Below, piece after piece: positions 13,747 to 28,876 of a stretch of 64,000 bases of DNA. The notes under the pieces were generated by a model. It was given only the letters and a program-made list of their open reading frames with translations, made no database searches and was not told the DNA's origin. Both the position numbers and the translations under genes were made by a program. Position 1 is the first letter of the stretch, and each line of letters opens with the position of its first letter. Source of the stretch: Eledone cirrhosa (Eukaryota); the NCBI GenBank assembly GCA_964016885.1, contig OZ024758.1, forward strand, positions 16,740,001-16,804,000. The letters run 5' to 3'.

Positions 13747-14517
13747 GTATATATATGCATTATATATATATATATATGCAGATGTATATGCATATATATA
13801 GGGATACTTAGCTTGCTCTCAAGACAATAATTTTCTTTTTATAACTTGAAGGGAATAAACGTTTGGTGATTAGAATTCATTGAATTCTAATCTATTAAAT
13901 GTTCATAGCATTACTTTTGTATTTTTCTGATTTTGCTGGTGTAATATCTAGTAAGTAATATATCTGACATTAGCCGAGTGACTTCATTAAAGTTACGACA
14001 ATTAGACCCCCCACCCCTCCTGACACTGCTTAGACTTTTATATTCCTGTTAGAACAGCAGTATTGTTGTGTATAGGTATAAGTATGGCTGTATGCTTAAG
14101 GAAGTTTCTTTGCAACTACGTAATTTCTAGTTCAGTATCTCTGCGTGGTACCTTGGAAAAATCTTTATATTCTTGAGCTAACCATAGTAGCTCTGCCTTG
14201 TGGGTGAACTTAGGTAAACGGAACCTGCACTTATTCTCGTTGTCGCGTGTGTGTGTATGTATTATTTATATATATATGTATACACAGAAATAATAAATAC
14301 AAAGACCCAAATCCGAAAAGGGCTCGATAAGGAGAGAGAAAGAGAGAGAAAGAGAGAGAAAGAGAGAGTGTGTGTGCGTGTGTGTGTGTGTGTTTTATAT
14401 ATATATATATATATGTGTGTATGTGTATATATATGTATAGTGAAATAATAAAATATTTCAGTATATTGAAAAAAGGTTGTAGTTGGGTAATTCTACAAGC
14501 CTATTTACCTTAACACA

Positions 14518-15475
14518 ATAGTTTCTAATGCAGACACAAGGCCAGGAATTTCAAAGGGAAGGGAAAGTCGTTTATATCGACTCCAGTACCTTACAGGTAC
14601 TAGATTTAATCAATCGTGTACGAATGACAAGCAAAGTTGCCCACGTTGAGATTTGTATTCAGGACAGAACGTAGAAAACCCTGAACAAATAAAGTATTTT
14701 CTCCGACGCTGCACCGATTCTACCAATTAACCACCATAATGATAGTTTCTCTATTAAGGCACTAGGCCAACAATTTTGGGGAAAAGGGAAAGCGATGAAA
14801 TTGACCCCAATGCATAACTGGTACTTTATTTTATCGTCCCCGTAAGAATGAAAGGCAAAGCTAACCTCGACGGGATTTGAACTCAGAATGTAAATGGTCG
14901 CAAGGGTTCTGATTTAGACAAAAGGCCAACAGTTTGGGGCGAAAGGGAAAGTCGATTAAATCGACCCAGTGCATTACTGGTACTTTATTTTATCGACCCC
15001 CGTAAGGATGAAAGGCAAAGCTACCTCGACGGGATTTGAACTGAACGTAAATGGATGTAACTATGCCGCAAAGCATGTCCGACGCTGCACCAATTCTACC
15101 AATTAACCGCCATAATAATTGTTTCTACTTTAGGCACAAGGCCAGCAATTACCCAGTGCATTACTGGTACTTTATTTTATCGACCCCGTAAGGATGAAAG
15201 GCAAAGTCAACCTCGGCGGGATTTGAACTCAGATCGTAAAGGGACGTAACTATGCTGGAAAGCATGGCGTCCGACCCTCTACCGATACTGCCAATCCACC
15301 GCCTTAATTAACCGCCAGCAATTACCCAGTGCATTACTGGTACTTTATTTTATCGACCCCGTAAGGATGAAAGGCAAAATCAACCTCGGCGGGATTTGAA
15401 CTCAGATCGTAAAGGGACGTAACTATGCTGGAAAGCATGGCGTCCGACCCTCTACCGATACTGCCAATTCACCGC
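14518..15475 (-). mobile_element. SINE array of about five head-to-tail copies of mixed age
   Basis: Old long-form and young short-form copies in the same orientation. Confidence 0.85.
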
Positions 15476-16116
15476 CTTAATTAACCGCCATAATAATAAT
15501 ATCTTATAATAAAGACAAAAAGCCAAACATTTGTTTCAATTTTATCAATCATATCAATCATATCGTTATCAATTATTCGTCTGGTACTTATATTGATCCC
15601 AACAGGATGAAAGGGAGGATTGACAAGCCAAATCGTGTTAGGAAAAATTTGAACCTGAAGCACGAAGTTATATAACTTCAAATGAAAGGATGTCTAATCT
15701 GCCGCTCAAACTATTTTACCACCCACATCCTCCTCCATTGGGCTAACATTAATAGTAACACTAATATTTATTGTCTGTTTATGCTTCTCCTAGCTTAATA
15801 AGCAATATTATTCGGCAATAGTAGATTTTACTATCGTTGCATTTATTTTCAGATCAGAGGACAGGCTGGTCTAAGATGAGTTAGTGCTGTAAGTTATGCA
15901 TCGTCAGATTACTAACAAAGAGAAGTAACTTCAATCTACTGTCTGAGAATATATATCTAAACTATAACATGTAAGAAATATATATGAATTTAAATCTAGA
16001 TATTTTGATGGACGAACAATTCACGAAATGTTCTATTCATATTTATTTATATATGCACATATCTCAAACGATGTAATGGGTGTAAAGTGTATGAAAGGTA
16101 AACCATTACAGACATG

Positions 16117-16168
<52 letters not shown>

Positions 16169-16308
16169 CACGCATATATACATGCATACATGCATATAAA
16201 TAAACGTATATATGTATGGATATTTTTATATATGTATACAGATATATATTTCTATATATGTATATGTTTTTATATATGTATATATATATGTATGAATGTA
16301 TATATATG

Positions 16309-16342
<34 letters not shown>

Positions 16343-16577
16343 CATATATGTGTGAATGTATATGTGTTTATGTGTAATATATATGTGTGTTTTTGTCTGT
16401 CTGTCTCTGATCGTGTAGTATAATGGTATTTCAAAGTTCGTTTTCCTGAATAGATCCAAGATGGACTTCACCATAAAATATTTGCAGGACTGTAATTTCA
16501 TGCATACACATATATATACATACATTTATATATATATATATATATATATACACATACATTTATATATATATATATAC

Positions 16578-16628
<51 letters not shown>

Positions 16629-17172
16629 CATTTATATATATATATATATACACACATACATTTATATATATATATATATACGTTTATATATATATATACA
16701 TTTATATATATATATATATACACATTTATATATATATATATATACACATTTATATATATATATATATACACATTTATATATATATATATACATTTATATA
16801 TATATATACACATTTATATATATATATATATATATATACATTTATATATATATATACACATTTATATATATATATACACATTTATATATATATATACATT
16901 TATATATATATATATATACACACATTTATATATATATATATATATACATTTATATATATATACATTTGTATAGATATATATATATACATACACGTACATA
17001 TTTGAATTTATTCGAATATATGCACCTCTACATCCATTCACACAGGCAGATATATATATATAATCTATCTATCTATATTATTATTAATATTATTCATTTC
17101 TCAACACATTTGCTTGCTACCTAAGGTTTCGGAGCCTACTGATCTTAACTAAATGTTCGACGGTAGGGGCCA

Positions 17173-17882
17173 TGTTACTCGACTTTCAGAAACGAGGCCG
17201 ATGCATCTAAAAAAACTTTTCTGGAGTGGAAAGATACCAGAAGTTTCTTTCCGATCTGAAAATTGCTAGACCAGGCATATATATCTTCTGAACTAGGCCC
17301 CTACCATCGTACACTTGGGTATTTAACTATGTTACTCGACTTTCAGAAGCGAGATTGGTACATCTAAAAAACATTCTGGAGTGGAAAGATACAAGAAGTT
17401 TCTTTCCGATCTGAAAATTGCTAGACCAGGCATATATCACTTCTGAACCAGGCCCCTACCATCGTACATTTGGGTATTTAACTATGTTACTCGACTTTCA
17501 GAAGCGAGATTGGTACATCTAAAAAACATTCTGGAGTCGAAAGATACCAGAAGTTTCTTTCCAGTCTGAAAATTGCTAGACCAGGCATATATATCTTCTG
17601 AACTAGGCCCCTACCATCGTACACTTGTGTATTTAACTATGTTACTCGACTTTCAGAAGCGAGATTAGTACAACTAAAAAACATTCTGGAGTCGAAAGAT
17701 ACCAGAAGTTTCTTTCCGATCTGAAAATTGCTAGACCAGGCATATATATCTTCTGAACTAGGCCCCTACCATCGTACACTTGGGTATTTAACTATGTTAC
17801 TCGACTTTCAGAAGCGAGATTGGTACATCTAAAAAACATTCTGGAGTGGAAAGATACCACAAGTTTCTTTCCGATCTGAAAA
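17173..17882. repeat. 155-bp tandem repeat, about 4.6 copies
   Basis: tgttactcgactttcagaa at 17173, 17330, 17485, 17640 and 17795. Confidence 0.92.
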
Positions 17883-18455
17883 TGTTGTTTTTGTTTACTG
17901 CTTTAGTCATCTCCAATGACCCCCGGTGAGACTTTAATACTAACGTTAAGCTAAAGGTTCATTAGAGGTAATCGCTTTTGTAGCTCAATTGTTCTGTAGG
18001 TATTCATACATGATTTTATCGTGTTGTACTTTCACCTCAAATGTTGCAGCCTATTGGTCTAGTTCAACGTATTCTTTACAATTCAAGCATGCTATTGTTT
18101 TTCAGTTAAATGTCACTTCTTTTAAAAGAGACAATTGATTTAAATTTCAAAATTTTAGACACTTTTGATAGAGTTTCTTTCCGTCTCTCTATTCATCTTT
18201 GCTATTGTCTGTCTTTCGTAAGATACACACCAGCAGTTACACACTAAACACACACCTCTATTTAAATAGTTATATATTGAAATATAGTTTAAGAGCCAAA
18301 AACCGGGCTCCTGTATGATTGATCGAGTTGTAAATAAATAGCAGCCAAATCACCTTCAAATCAAACACTGGTGATATAATCTCTGAAAGGATTTTGTGAA
18401 ACTAGGCTGGGGTAGCAATGGATTGAAAGAATTTTAAATACGTTATCGATGTACT

Positions 18456-18491
<36 letters not shown>

Positions 18492-18581
18492 CACACACAC
18501 GCACACACATTCTATATATATATATATATTTGGTGAAAAAATTTTAAGATATAAAAGACATTTCTATTTGTTGCTTTAGAA

Positions 18582-18611
<30 letters not shown>

Positions 18612-18613
<2 letters not shown>

Positions 18614-18802
18614 CGAAGGAGTTGTGGTAAGGAATCAGTTGTACCACATCGCACCAGAGTACTCAATACTTAGGGTAGTAGAGTTGGTAATAGGAAAAAG
18701 TATAAGCCCGACGGCAGAGCTCAAGCCGTTTCGACGGCTATTTCTGAGTCCAGAAATAGCCGTCGAAACGGTTTGAGCTCTGCCGTCGGGGTCATACTTT
18801 TT

Positions 18803-18807
<5 letters not shown>
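18612..18807 (+). mobile_element. Fold-back element, family E (leader plus 57-bp-arm palindrome 18690-18807)
   Basis: Between (TA)n tracts. Leader contains agagtactcaata; apex loop agtc. Related copies at 3084-3225(-), 7610-7743(+), 36289-36372(+, leader only) and 51713-51835(-). Confidence 0.75.
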
Positions 18808-18859
<52 letters not shown>

Positions 18860-19206
18860 TGTCTGTGAGGACTGAAGTGTTGCTGCGGTAGGCTCCTCGA
18901 CTCCACAAGTCACCAGGATTTGTTATGTCACCTTTCAAGAGATATGTAGAACGTAGGTGTACACAGCATTACCATTTACCTCCATATAATCCATTAAAAC
19001 CCTTGAAGCCTTTGCTCCAGAATGGATGCAGTTTAATAACAGAAATCAATAAAATACAATCATCAATATAAAGCCGAGTAATTCATTGAACTGAAACTAT
19101 GATAATTCTTTATATTTTTGGTAATTGATCCGAGAGGCGTGTTAAAATTGACTGGGGTCAAATTTGAACATAGTAAACCACTACACATTATCATCTTAAT
19201 CCAAAT

Positions 19207-19602
19207 AACTATTTCTACTTTAGGCAGGAGACCAGCAATTTGAAGGGCAGGGGTAAGTAGAATTAATCGACCCCAGTTCATTACTGGTGCTTTATTTTAT
19301 CGACCCTGTAAGGATGAAAAGCAAAGCTAACCTCGGCGGAATTTGAACTCAGAACGTAAAGGGCCATAACTCTAAGCTGCAAAGCATGATGTGTCACGCT
19401 CTACCGATACTGCCAAATAATTGATCTACTTTTGGCACAAGGCTAGCAATTATTCCAGTGTATTACTGGTACTTTATTTTATCAACCTCGTAAAGACGAA
19501 AGGCAAAGTTAACCTCAGTGGGATTTTAACTCAGACCGTAAAGGGGCGTAACTATGCTGCAAAGCATGGCATCCGACCCTCTATCGATAATGCCAATCCA
19601 CC
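19207..19602 (-). mobile_element. SINE dimer
   Basis: Two tandem reverse copies. Confidence 0.8.
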
Positions 19603-20394
19603 GATACTGCCAAATAATGCTTTTATTCGCGTTACAAATATTTAATTAAATAAAAAAAATTACCAATATAATTGATAAAAATAAAATAGATTTTCTGAGA
19701 AACCTGAAAAGGAAATCATCAGAAAATTATTTAAATTTTCTGTAAGGAAATAAATATATCTCGGTGAAGTTATAATAGTTTTAGTTGGAGAAACGACTCA
19801 TTTGTATCTCATTTTAATACATTAAACATACAGCAGAGAGGAAGGTAGCTTTTATTCACCTTTCATGAACATTTTCTGACTCTCTCTCTCTCTCCTCTGT
19901 CTCTCTCCCTCTCTCCTCTCTGTTCTGTCTCTCCAACACATTTTCACCCCTTTTAACAATTTCTGTCTGTATCTCCCATTCTCTATTCTTATCTTCTCTA
20001 TCTTTGACCTCATACAGAAAGGTCAAACAGCCTTAGTTTTCTTCTGCAATAAAATTAACTTTTACTTTATAACTTTACTTATAGCTTTTAAGTGTCACTT
20101 TTTTTTTCATTATGACTGTGTTCTGTGTAAATTTAATCAGTTTCTCTATGATGCTCTCTTTTCCAATTTGAAAAACTACACTAACTGACTGAAGTATATA
20201 CCTCAGTCAGTTAGTGTATTGTCTCTTAAGTAAAGAGACAGCGGTGAATATATTAGTTGAAAAGTAAATTCTAAGCTATATATTTCTAAATAACTGCTAA
20301 CACTCTATCGAATATCTAGTTTCTTAAGTGCATAAAATATTCTAGTTAAATATTGTAGTTTCCATGAATACAAACTGCTTCTTTTTTTTAGATC

Positions 20395-20732
20395 ATTCCA
20401 ACTCTCTCACCTTTCCCTACCAATTCTTTCCACATCACTCCAACTCTCCCCTTTCCCTACCAATTCTTTCTACTAATTTTACTCCCAACCACATCACTCC
20501 AACTCTCACCTTTCCCTACCAATTCTTTCCACAGATTTTACCCCCAATCACATCACTTCAACTCCCTTACCTTTCCCTACCAATTCTTTCCACAAATGTT
20601 ACCCCAACCACATCACTCCAACTCTCCCCTTTCCCTACCAATTCTTTCCACAAATGTTACCCCCATCCACATCACTCCAACTCTCCCCTTTCCCTACCAA
20701 TTCTTTCCACAGAGTTTACCCCCAGCCACATC
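20395..20732. repeat. ~60-bp C-rich minisatellite
   Basis: Recurring cacatcactccaactctcccctttccctaccaattctttcc. Confidence 0.85.
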
Positions 20733-21012
20733 TGAAGTATAAAAGTTAATATGATCAGAGAGCCAATATAATACAGTAATAACATCAAGTGAAGATTTAA
20801 CAAATCATGTCCTATTTAATCGATATGTACCGAACTATGTCTGTTATGTCTAATCAATTCATGCGCTGAACGTACTCACTGAAAATAAAACAAAGACACG
20901 AATATTTAAAGCCGCATCTATAGGTTAAGTTTTCTGTTATTTAGTTTTTCACTTTTCTAAACGAGTAGAAAGTATCACAGTTTTTAGGATCGTTTCACGC
21001 TGTTGTGTTTCT

Positions 21013-21045
<33 letters not shown>

Positions 21046-21479
21046 ATCAAGAATGTTGTCTTGTCCAGAGGTTCTGAAACATTTTCGGGCCAACATCCCT
21101 TTCACGACCACGTAATATCCTCAGCTCCCACAACCCTATTTCCAGAAAGACCTGTTTACATGCAAATTGTAAATAATATATAATAAATAAAATCGTTAAT
21201 TTATATATAATAAATAATTGTTTCTACTGTTGGCACAAGGCCAGCAATTACCCAGTGCATTACTGGTACTTTATTTTATCGACCCGTAACGATGAAAGGC
21301 AAAGTCAACCTCGGCGGGATTTGAACACGGATCTTTAAGGAACGTAACTATCCAGGAAAACATGGCGTCCGACCCCCTACCGATACTGCCAATCCACCGC
21401 CTTTATATATAAATAATATAATATATATTATGTATAAATAAATATTATATTATTTTTATTTTACTATATTTATACGTAA

Positions 21480-21608
21480 CTAGACCACTTAAAAATAATT
21501 TTTAAATAATTAAAATATACACAGACATGTATATAATGTGAAATGAAACTGGAAGCCCCATATATATATATATATATGTGTGTGTTTGTATACATATATA
21601 TATGTATA

Positions 21609-21658
<50 letters not shown>

Positions 21659-22034
21659 CCTGATCTATATACACTGGTCATAGACACACACACACATATA
21701 TATATATACACACACACATACGCACATAAAATATATACACACACACGTATATATAATACACAACACCACCACCAGCTCTCTTTCATTCTCCTTCTCCTCT
21801 CCCACTCTCTCACTCTCACAACCACTATCTCTTTCTCTGTTTATGAAGGTACCCAGAAAAACCCCATATCTCAGGAACCCGTGCTCCAATTTATGCGAAA
21901 CTTGTTTTATTCCATTTGTATTTCCATTTCAGGGTCAACTTCCTTTCAAATAATTTTCCCATTTTGCAACCTTTTGGCTGCATTACATTACAGATAAGCG
22001 AGCAAGCAATCACGGAGTTTTAGTAATATATAGA
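21480..22034 (-). mobile_element. Non-autonomous Helitron-like element
   Basis: - strand starts TCTATATATTACTA..(TTGC)n and ends gtggtCTAG|T. Homologous to 42197-42943. Confidence 0.6.
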
Positions 22035-22114
22035 GAGATAAGTAATATAATATATACTATGTATAAATAAATAAATATATAATTGTAGTTTACTTGGAGC
22101 ATTGTGTAGTGAGG

Positions 22115-22613
22115 TATAAACGTTTGGAGCTAGAAGGCAAGAACAATGCAAGTATGGATATAGAATATAAATACAAATGCAAAAGATATTGCTGACAATT
22201 AGTCTTTTAACTTAAATTTATTTGAATATCCTTAATTTTCGAGATAATATCTTTTCTTTGGAGGGAAGTAAAGGGCTTAATCCAGTGTTCTAATTAGCTT
22301 GCCAAGCTAATTAGACTTGGCAAGCTAATTAGAACACTGGATTAACCCATTTACTTCTACGAGAAGAAGAGATATCTCGAAAATTAAAGATATTCAAATA
22401 AATTTAAGGTAAAAGACTAACTGGCAGCGATATCTTTTGCATTTGTATTTATATTATATATCAATACCCGCCGAGGTTAACTTTGCCTTTCATCCTTCCG
22501 GGGTCGATAGAATAAAGTAGCAGTAATGCATTGAGTAATTGCTGGCCTTGTGCCAGAAACAATTATATATCAATACCTGCATTGTTCTGTCCTTCTAACT
22601 CCAAACGTTTATA
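22115..22613. mobile_element. Older diverged palindrome interrupted by a SINE
   Basis: The arms pair imperfectly around an apex at about 22290-22333. The right arm carries a 5'-truncated SINE (22469-22561) with a 16-bp TSD attatatatcaatacc. Confidence 0.75.
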
Positions 22614-23081
22614 AATAAATATATATTTTTTTTATTCAACTATATATATATAATATGTATCATTTAATATACAATTATTGACCATCACCAGGGTAAGGTC
22701 TAAACGTAGCATACATATTGTAACGATACTTAAATTTAAAACAACAACACCAACCCAACCCAACAAACGATGGTTTATGGCATGAATCCAGATTAACATA
22801 TATTGATTTTTTTTCAAAGACGATCCAACCTTGTCCAGGTACAGAAAATAGTTGGACTGTTTACTCCGTCCAGTCACATGGCAAATGTCCAAAGTATCTT
22901 AAAAGACCATCGTACACATCATGCTAGCAAAGAAAACGGGATGTGTGTAAACGTGTTCAAAGAGAAACTACCATCAGTTGTTGTTGTTCCGTTTGTTTTC
23001 CTCCGCAATAAACGCTTAGTATACAGAATAACAGTGATAGAACATAGGTTTTATTAGATATCATTTTATTTACTTTCTTGA

Positions 23082-23082
23082 T

Positions 23083-23118
<36 letters not shown>

Positions 23119-23969
23119 CATATATACATATACACACATATATACACACACACATATATATATATATATACACACACATATATATACATATATATATACA
23201 TATACATATATATACATATATATATACATATATATACATATATATATACATATATATACATATATATACATATACATATATATATACATATATATATACA
23301 TATATATATACATATACATATATATATACATATATATATACATATACATATATATATACATATATATATACATATACATATATATATACATATATATATA
23401 CATATACATATATATATACATATATATATACATATACATATATATATACATATATATATACATATACATATATATATACATATATATATACATATATATA
23501 TACATATACATATATATATACATATATATATACATATATATATACATATACATATATATATACATATATATATACATATATATATACATATATATATACA
23601 TATACATATATATATACATATATATATACATATACATATATATATACATATATATATACATATACATATATATATACATATATATATACATATACATATA
23701 TATATACATATATATATACATATATATATACATATACATATATATACATATACATATATATATACATATATATATACATATATATATACATATATATATA
23801 CCTATACATATATATATACATATACATATATATATACATATATATATACATATACATATATATATACATATACATATATATATACATATACATATATACA
23901 TATACATATATATATACATATACATATATACATATACATATATATATACATATACATATATATATATAC

Positions 23970-24000
<31 letters not shown>

Positions 24001-24159
24001 CATATATATATACATATATATATACATATATATATACATATATATATACATATATATACATATATATATACATATATATATACATATATATATACATATA
24101 TATATATATACATATATATATACATATATATATACATATATATATACATATATATATAC

Positions 24160-24194
<35 letters not shown>

Positions 24195-24313
24195 CACATA
24201 CATATACATATATATATATATATATATATACACATACATATATATATACATATACATATATATATATATATATACATATATATATACATATACATATATA
24301 TATATATATATAC

Positions 24314-24360
<47 letters not shown>

Positions 24361-24367
24361 TATATAC

Positions 24368-24434
<67 letters not shown>

Positions 24435-24545
24435 TACACATATATATATATATATACACATATATACACATATATATATATATATACACATATATATATA
24501 TATATACACATATATATATATATACACATATATATATATATACAC

Positions 24546-24587
<42 letters not shown>

Positions 24588-25170
24588 ATATATATATATA
24601 CACATATATATATATATATACACATATATATATATATGTATATACACATATATATATACATACACATATATATATATACACATATATATATATATATATA
24701 CACATATATATATATACACATATATATATATATATACACATATATATATATACACATATATATATATATATATACACATATATATATATATACACACATA
24801 TATATATATATACACACATATATATACACACACATATATATATATATACACACACATATATATATATATACACACATATATATATACACACATATATATA
24901 TATACACATATATATATACACACACACATATATATATACACATATATATATATATATACACATATATATATACACACACACATATATATATATATACACA
25001 CATATATATATATATATATACACACATATATATATATATACACACATATATATATATATACACATATATATATATACACACATATATATATATATACACA
25101 CACATATATATATATACACACACATATATATATATATACACACATATATATATATATATACACACACATA

Positions 25171-25202
<32 letters not shown>

Positions 25203-25254
25203 CACATATATATATATATATATATACACATATATATATATATATATATACACA

Positions 25255-25304
<50 letters not shown>

Positions 25305-25650
25305 CACATATATATATATATATACACATATATATATATATACACATATACACATATATATACACACATATATATATATACACACATATATATATATATA
25401 AACATATATATACACACACACACACACACATATATATACACACACACATATATATATACACACACACACATATATATATATATACACACACACACATATA
25501 TATATATATATACACACACACATATATACACCTATATATAGATACATATACACACACATATATATATATATACACATATATATAAATATATACACATATA
25601 TATATACACACATATACACACACATATATATATATACATATACATACACA
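23082..25650. repeat. 2.5-kb compound (TA/CA) microsatellite
   Basis: Direct inspection. Similar tracts at 16500-17000, 25850-26355, 32126-33050, 33257-35515, 36405-36923, 47178-47965 and 59437-60608. Confidence 0.95.
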
Positions 25651-25852
25651 TGTATATGTTTTAATTTTTTACTCTTCGTAAGTGTCTGCCATTTTGCCCA
25701 AGAAAATATCTTTACAATTAAATGTTGGAATTGGAAAACATTGAATGTGACAATGTCTTACTGTATAAAATGTAATTTAGAGATCCCCTATTTCCAGTGC
25801 CTCATTGTTAAAACACAATATCTGAGAGACACACACACATATATATAATGTA

Positions 25853-25913
<61 letters not shown>

Positions 25914-26203
25914 GTATGTATGTATATATATATATATATACGTGTATATATATATGTATATATACGTGTATATATATATATGTATATATACGTGTATATA
26001 TATATATATGTATATATACGTGTATATATATATATGTATATATACGTGTATATATATATATATACGTGTATATATATATATGTACGTATGTATATATATA
26101 TGTACGTATGTATATATATATGTACGTATGTATGTATATATATATACATGTATATATATATATATATATATATGTACGTATGTATGTATGTATATATATG
26201 TAG

Positions 26204-26239
<36 letters not shown>

Positions 26240-26295
26240 GCGTGTGTATGTGTGTACGTGTATATATATGTACGTATACGTATGTATATATATAC

Positions 26296-26326
<31 letters not shown>

Positions 26327-27014
26327 CATACATACATACATATATATATATGTATGTTATAAGAAACGTTACAATATACAAACAAACAATAATAAAATAA
26401 ATGAAAAGAGAAAAATAAAAGGTTTCTAAATAATTGCACTGTAAACTTCAAAACTCTTACGTGCTAAGTTCAAGTATTGTCAGAAATATTTACGAATATT
26501 TTTGTCTTCAGAAGTACCATTAATTCTGATTTCTCTCCAAGAACATTTCACAGGAAAAACCACAACACAACAGAACACACTATTACTGTTACTATTAAAT
26601 ATATCTGAAATCTTTCTGGAAACATCACTAGCGCATAATTCAATGGAATCATAGGAGTTGAGGAGTTAAGCCACTTGACTGTTTGTTAAATATTACTGGC
26701 TGAGAAAGTTGTTGAAAGGATAAGGGGAGTTTCTTCAATTGAAATTTAGCAAAGTGGTCGAACATTTGAACCATCAGCTCAGATATCATTCACTCGGGAT
26801 ATAAACCTTCAACAGAATTGTCTAGAAAACGGATCGATAGTTTGTAAAGAAATACTTATGTCTGTCATATATTTTAGTCCTCCTGAAATATTTCATAGAT
26901 ATTGACCTCCCGGCTATTAATATATCAAGCATAGATCGGGAAATGACATTAGGGAGAATGAATTCTATACAGAGTGGAGACCGCGGAATAGTTGTTATTT
27001 CTCACTCTATGACA

Positions 27015-27255
27015 GACTGGTACTCCGTCGGTTACAACGGCGAATGTTCCAATTGATCTGATCAACGGAACAGTTTCCTCGTGAAATAAACGTGCAAGTG
27101 GCCGAGCATTCCACAGGAAAGCTTACCCGTAACACAGTTCTCGTGGAGATTCAGCGTGACACCGAATGTGACAAGGCTGGCCCAACGAATTACAGGTACA
27201 ACTCAGTTTTTACTAGCTGAGTGGACTGGAGCAACGTGAAATAAAATGTCTTGCA
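27015..27255 (-). mobile_element. 3' part of the CORE-type SINE
   Basis: The reverse complement matches 43060-43250 and the CORE-like segment. Confidence 0.65.
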
Positions 27256-27296
27256 AATTTAATTCAATAGGCTTCAGTCTGCTTGACATAGTAAAA

Positions 27297-28265
27297 TGGC
27301 GGCGGATTGGTAGTATCGGTAGAGAGTTATGACCCTTTGCGTTCTGAGTTCAAATCAGCCGATGTTAACTTTGCATTTCATCCTTACGAGGTTGATAAAA
27401 TAAAGTACCAGTAATGCACTGGGGTAATCGCTGGCCTTGTGCATCGTAAAAACTTAGGGCGGTGGATTGGGAGTATCGGTAGAGGTTCGTACGCCATGCT
27501 TTGCAGCATAGAGTTACGGCCCTTTATGATCTGATTTCAAATCCCGTCGAGGTTAACTTTGCCTTTCATCCTTACGGGGGTCCATGAAATAAAGTACCAA
27601 TATTGTACTGGAATAATTGCTGGTCTTGTGCCAAAAGTAGAAACAATTATAGTAAAGCACTTGCACAACATACCACGGAGTGGGATCTAGCCAGGGAGCA
27701 TAAGATTGCAAAGCGATCTTGTTTACCACTCAACCTTATCTGCATCCACTATACATAAATAGATATATAATAATTGTTTCTACTTTTGGCACAAGGCCAG
27801 CAATTAACCCAGTGTATTAATGGTACTTTATTTTATCGACCCCGTAAGGATGAAAGCCAAAGTTAACCTCGGCGAGATTTGAACACAGACCAGAAAGGGC
27901 CGTAACTCTTTGCTGCAAAGCATGGCGTTCGACCCTCTACCGATACTGCCAATCCACCGCCCTAAGTTTTTACTTTTGGCACAAGGCCAGCCATTACTCC
28001 AGTGCATCACTGGTACATTATTTTATCGACCTCGTAAGGATGAAAGGCGAAGTTAACCTCGGCGGATTTGATCTCAGAACGTAAAGGGCCATAACTATGC
28101 TGCAAAGCATGGCGTCTGACGCTCTACCGATACTGCCAAACCACCGCCCTAAATAGATCTCTAATAATTGTTTCTACTTTTGGCACAAGGCCAGCAATTA
28201 TACCAGTGTATTACCGGTACTTTATTTTATCGCCCGCGTAAGGATGAAAGGCAAAAATAACCTCG
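27297..28265. mobile_element. SINE cluster: two + copies (27297-27649) facing three - copies (27772-28265)
   Basis: Consensus matches in both orientations. Confidence 0.85.
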
Positions 28266-28876
28266 ACGTAAATAAGAGTGTTATGCAAATTGACTTACTA
28301 AAATTTCACTCAACTAATTAGTTTCTGTAAGGGGATAAATATGGTTACGGAGCGTATCCACAGAGAAATCTTACGTCATCAGGGTGTCTATTCTCAGCTA
28401 AGTTTCCAGGCAATGCGAGGACACTGGGAACTTGTATAAAAATAATTCAGTGGATGGAAAAAAGCGAGCGGGGACTAGATTCCAAGACATTGAAAAATTG
28501 ACTGCCAACTTGGTCAAGTGGCAAATTCAAAAGAATCAATCACGTGACACTGACGTTAATCAGTGAGGGGTGGAGTGCTATTAAGACAGGGCCTAGCCAC
28601 TACTATTAATCATAGTAGTAATTTCGGCAAGTTTTGCTCAACAAATAATTTGGAGTTAATTATAAAGAATTAGTATATCTACCAACATATGTATACAGAT
28701 GCATACCTATGTTAGCAAATATATATGTTTTGTCTTAGTAACTTTGTGGTTCTATGCAAGGGGATGCAGAACAATTATATGAAAGACGTAAATAAGAAAG
28801 TTATGAAAATTGACTTACTAAAGTTTCACTCCAACTAATTAGTTTCTGTAAGGGGATAAATATGGTTACGGAGCGT

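Noticed and set aside
15841-15894. Short AG...GTAAGT-bounded candidate exon
   Set aside because: Stops in all three frames and no other support.
21066-21090. hAT-like TIR cagaggttctgaaacatttt
   Set aside because: No partner TIR or TSD found.
22957-25649. ORFs of 600-900 aa (and similar ones at 33.2-35.5 kb and 59.3-60.7 kb)
   Set aside because: Stop-free translations of TA/CA microsatellite in all frames; not genes.
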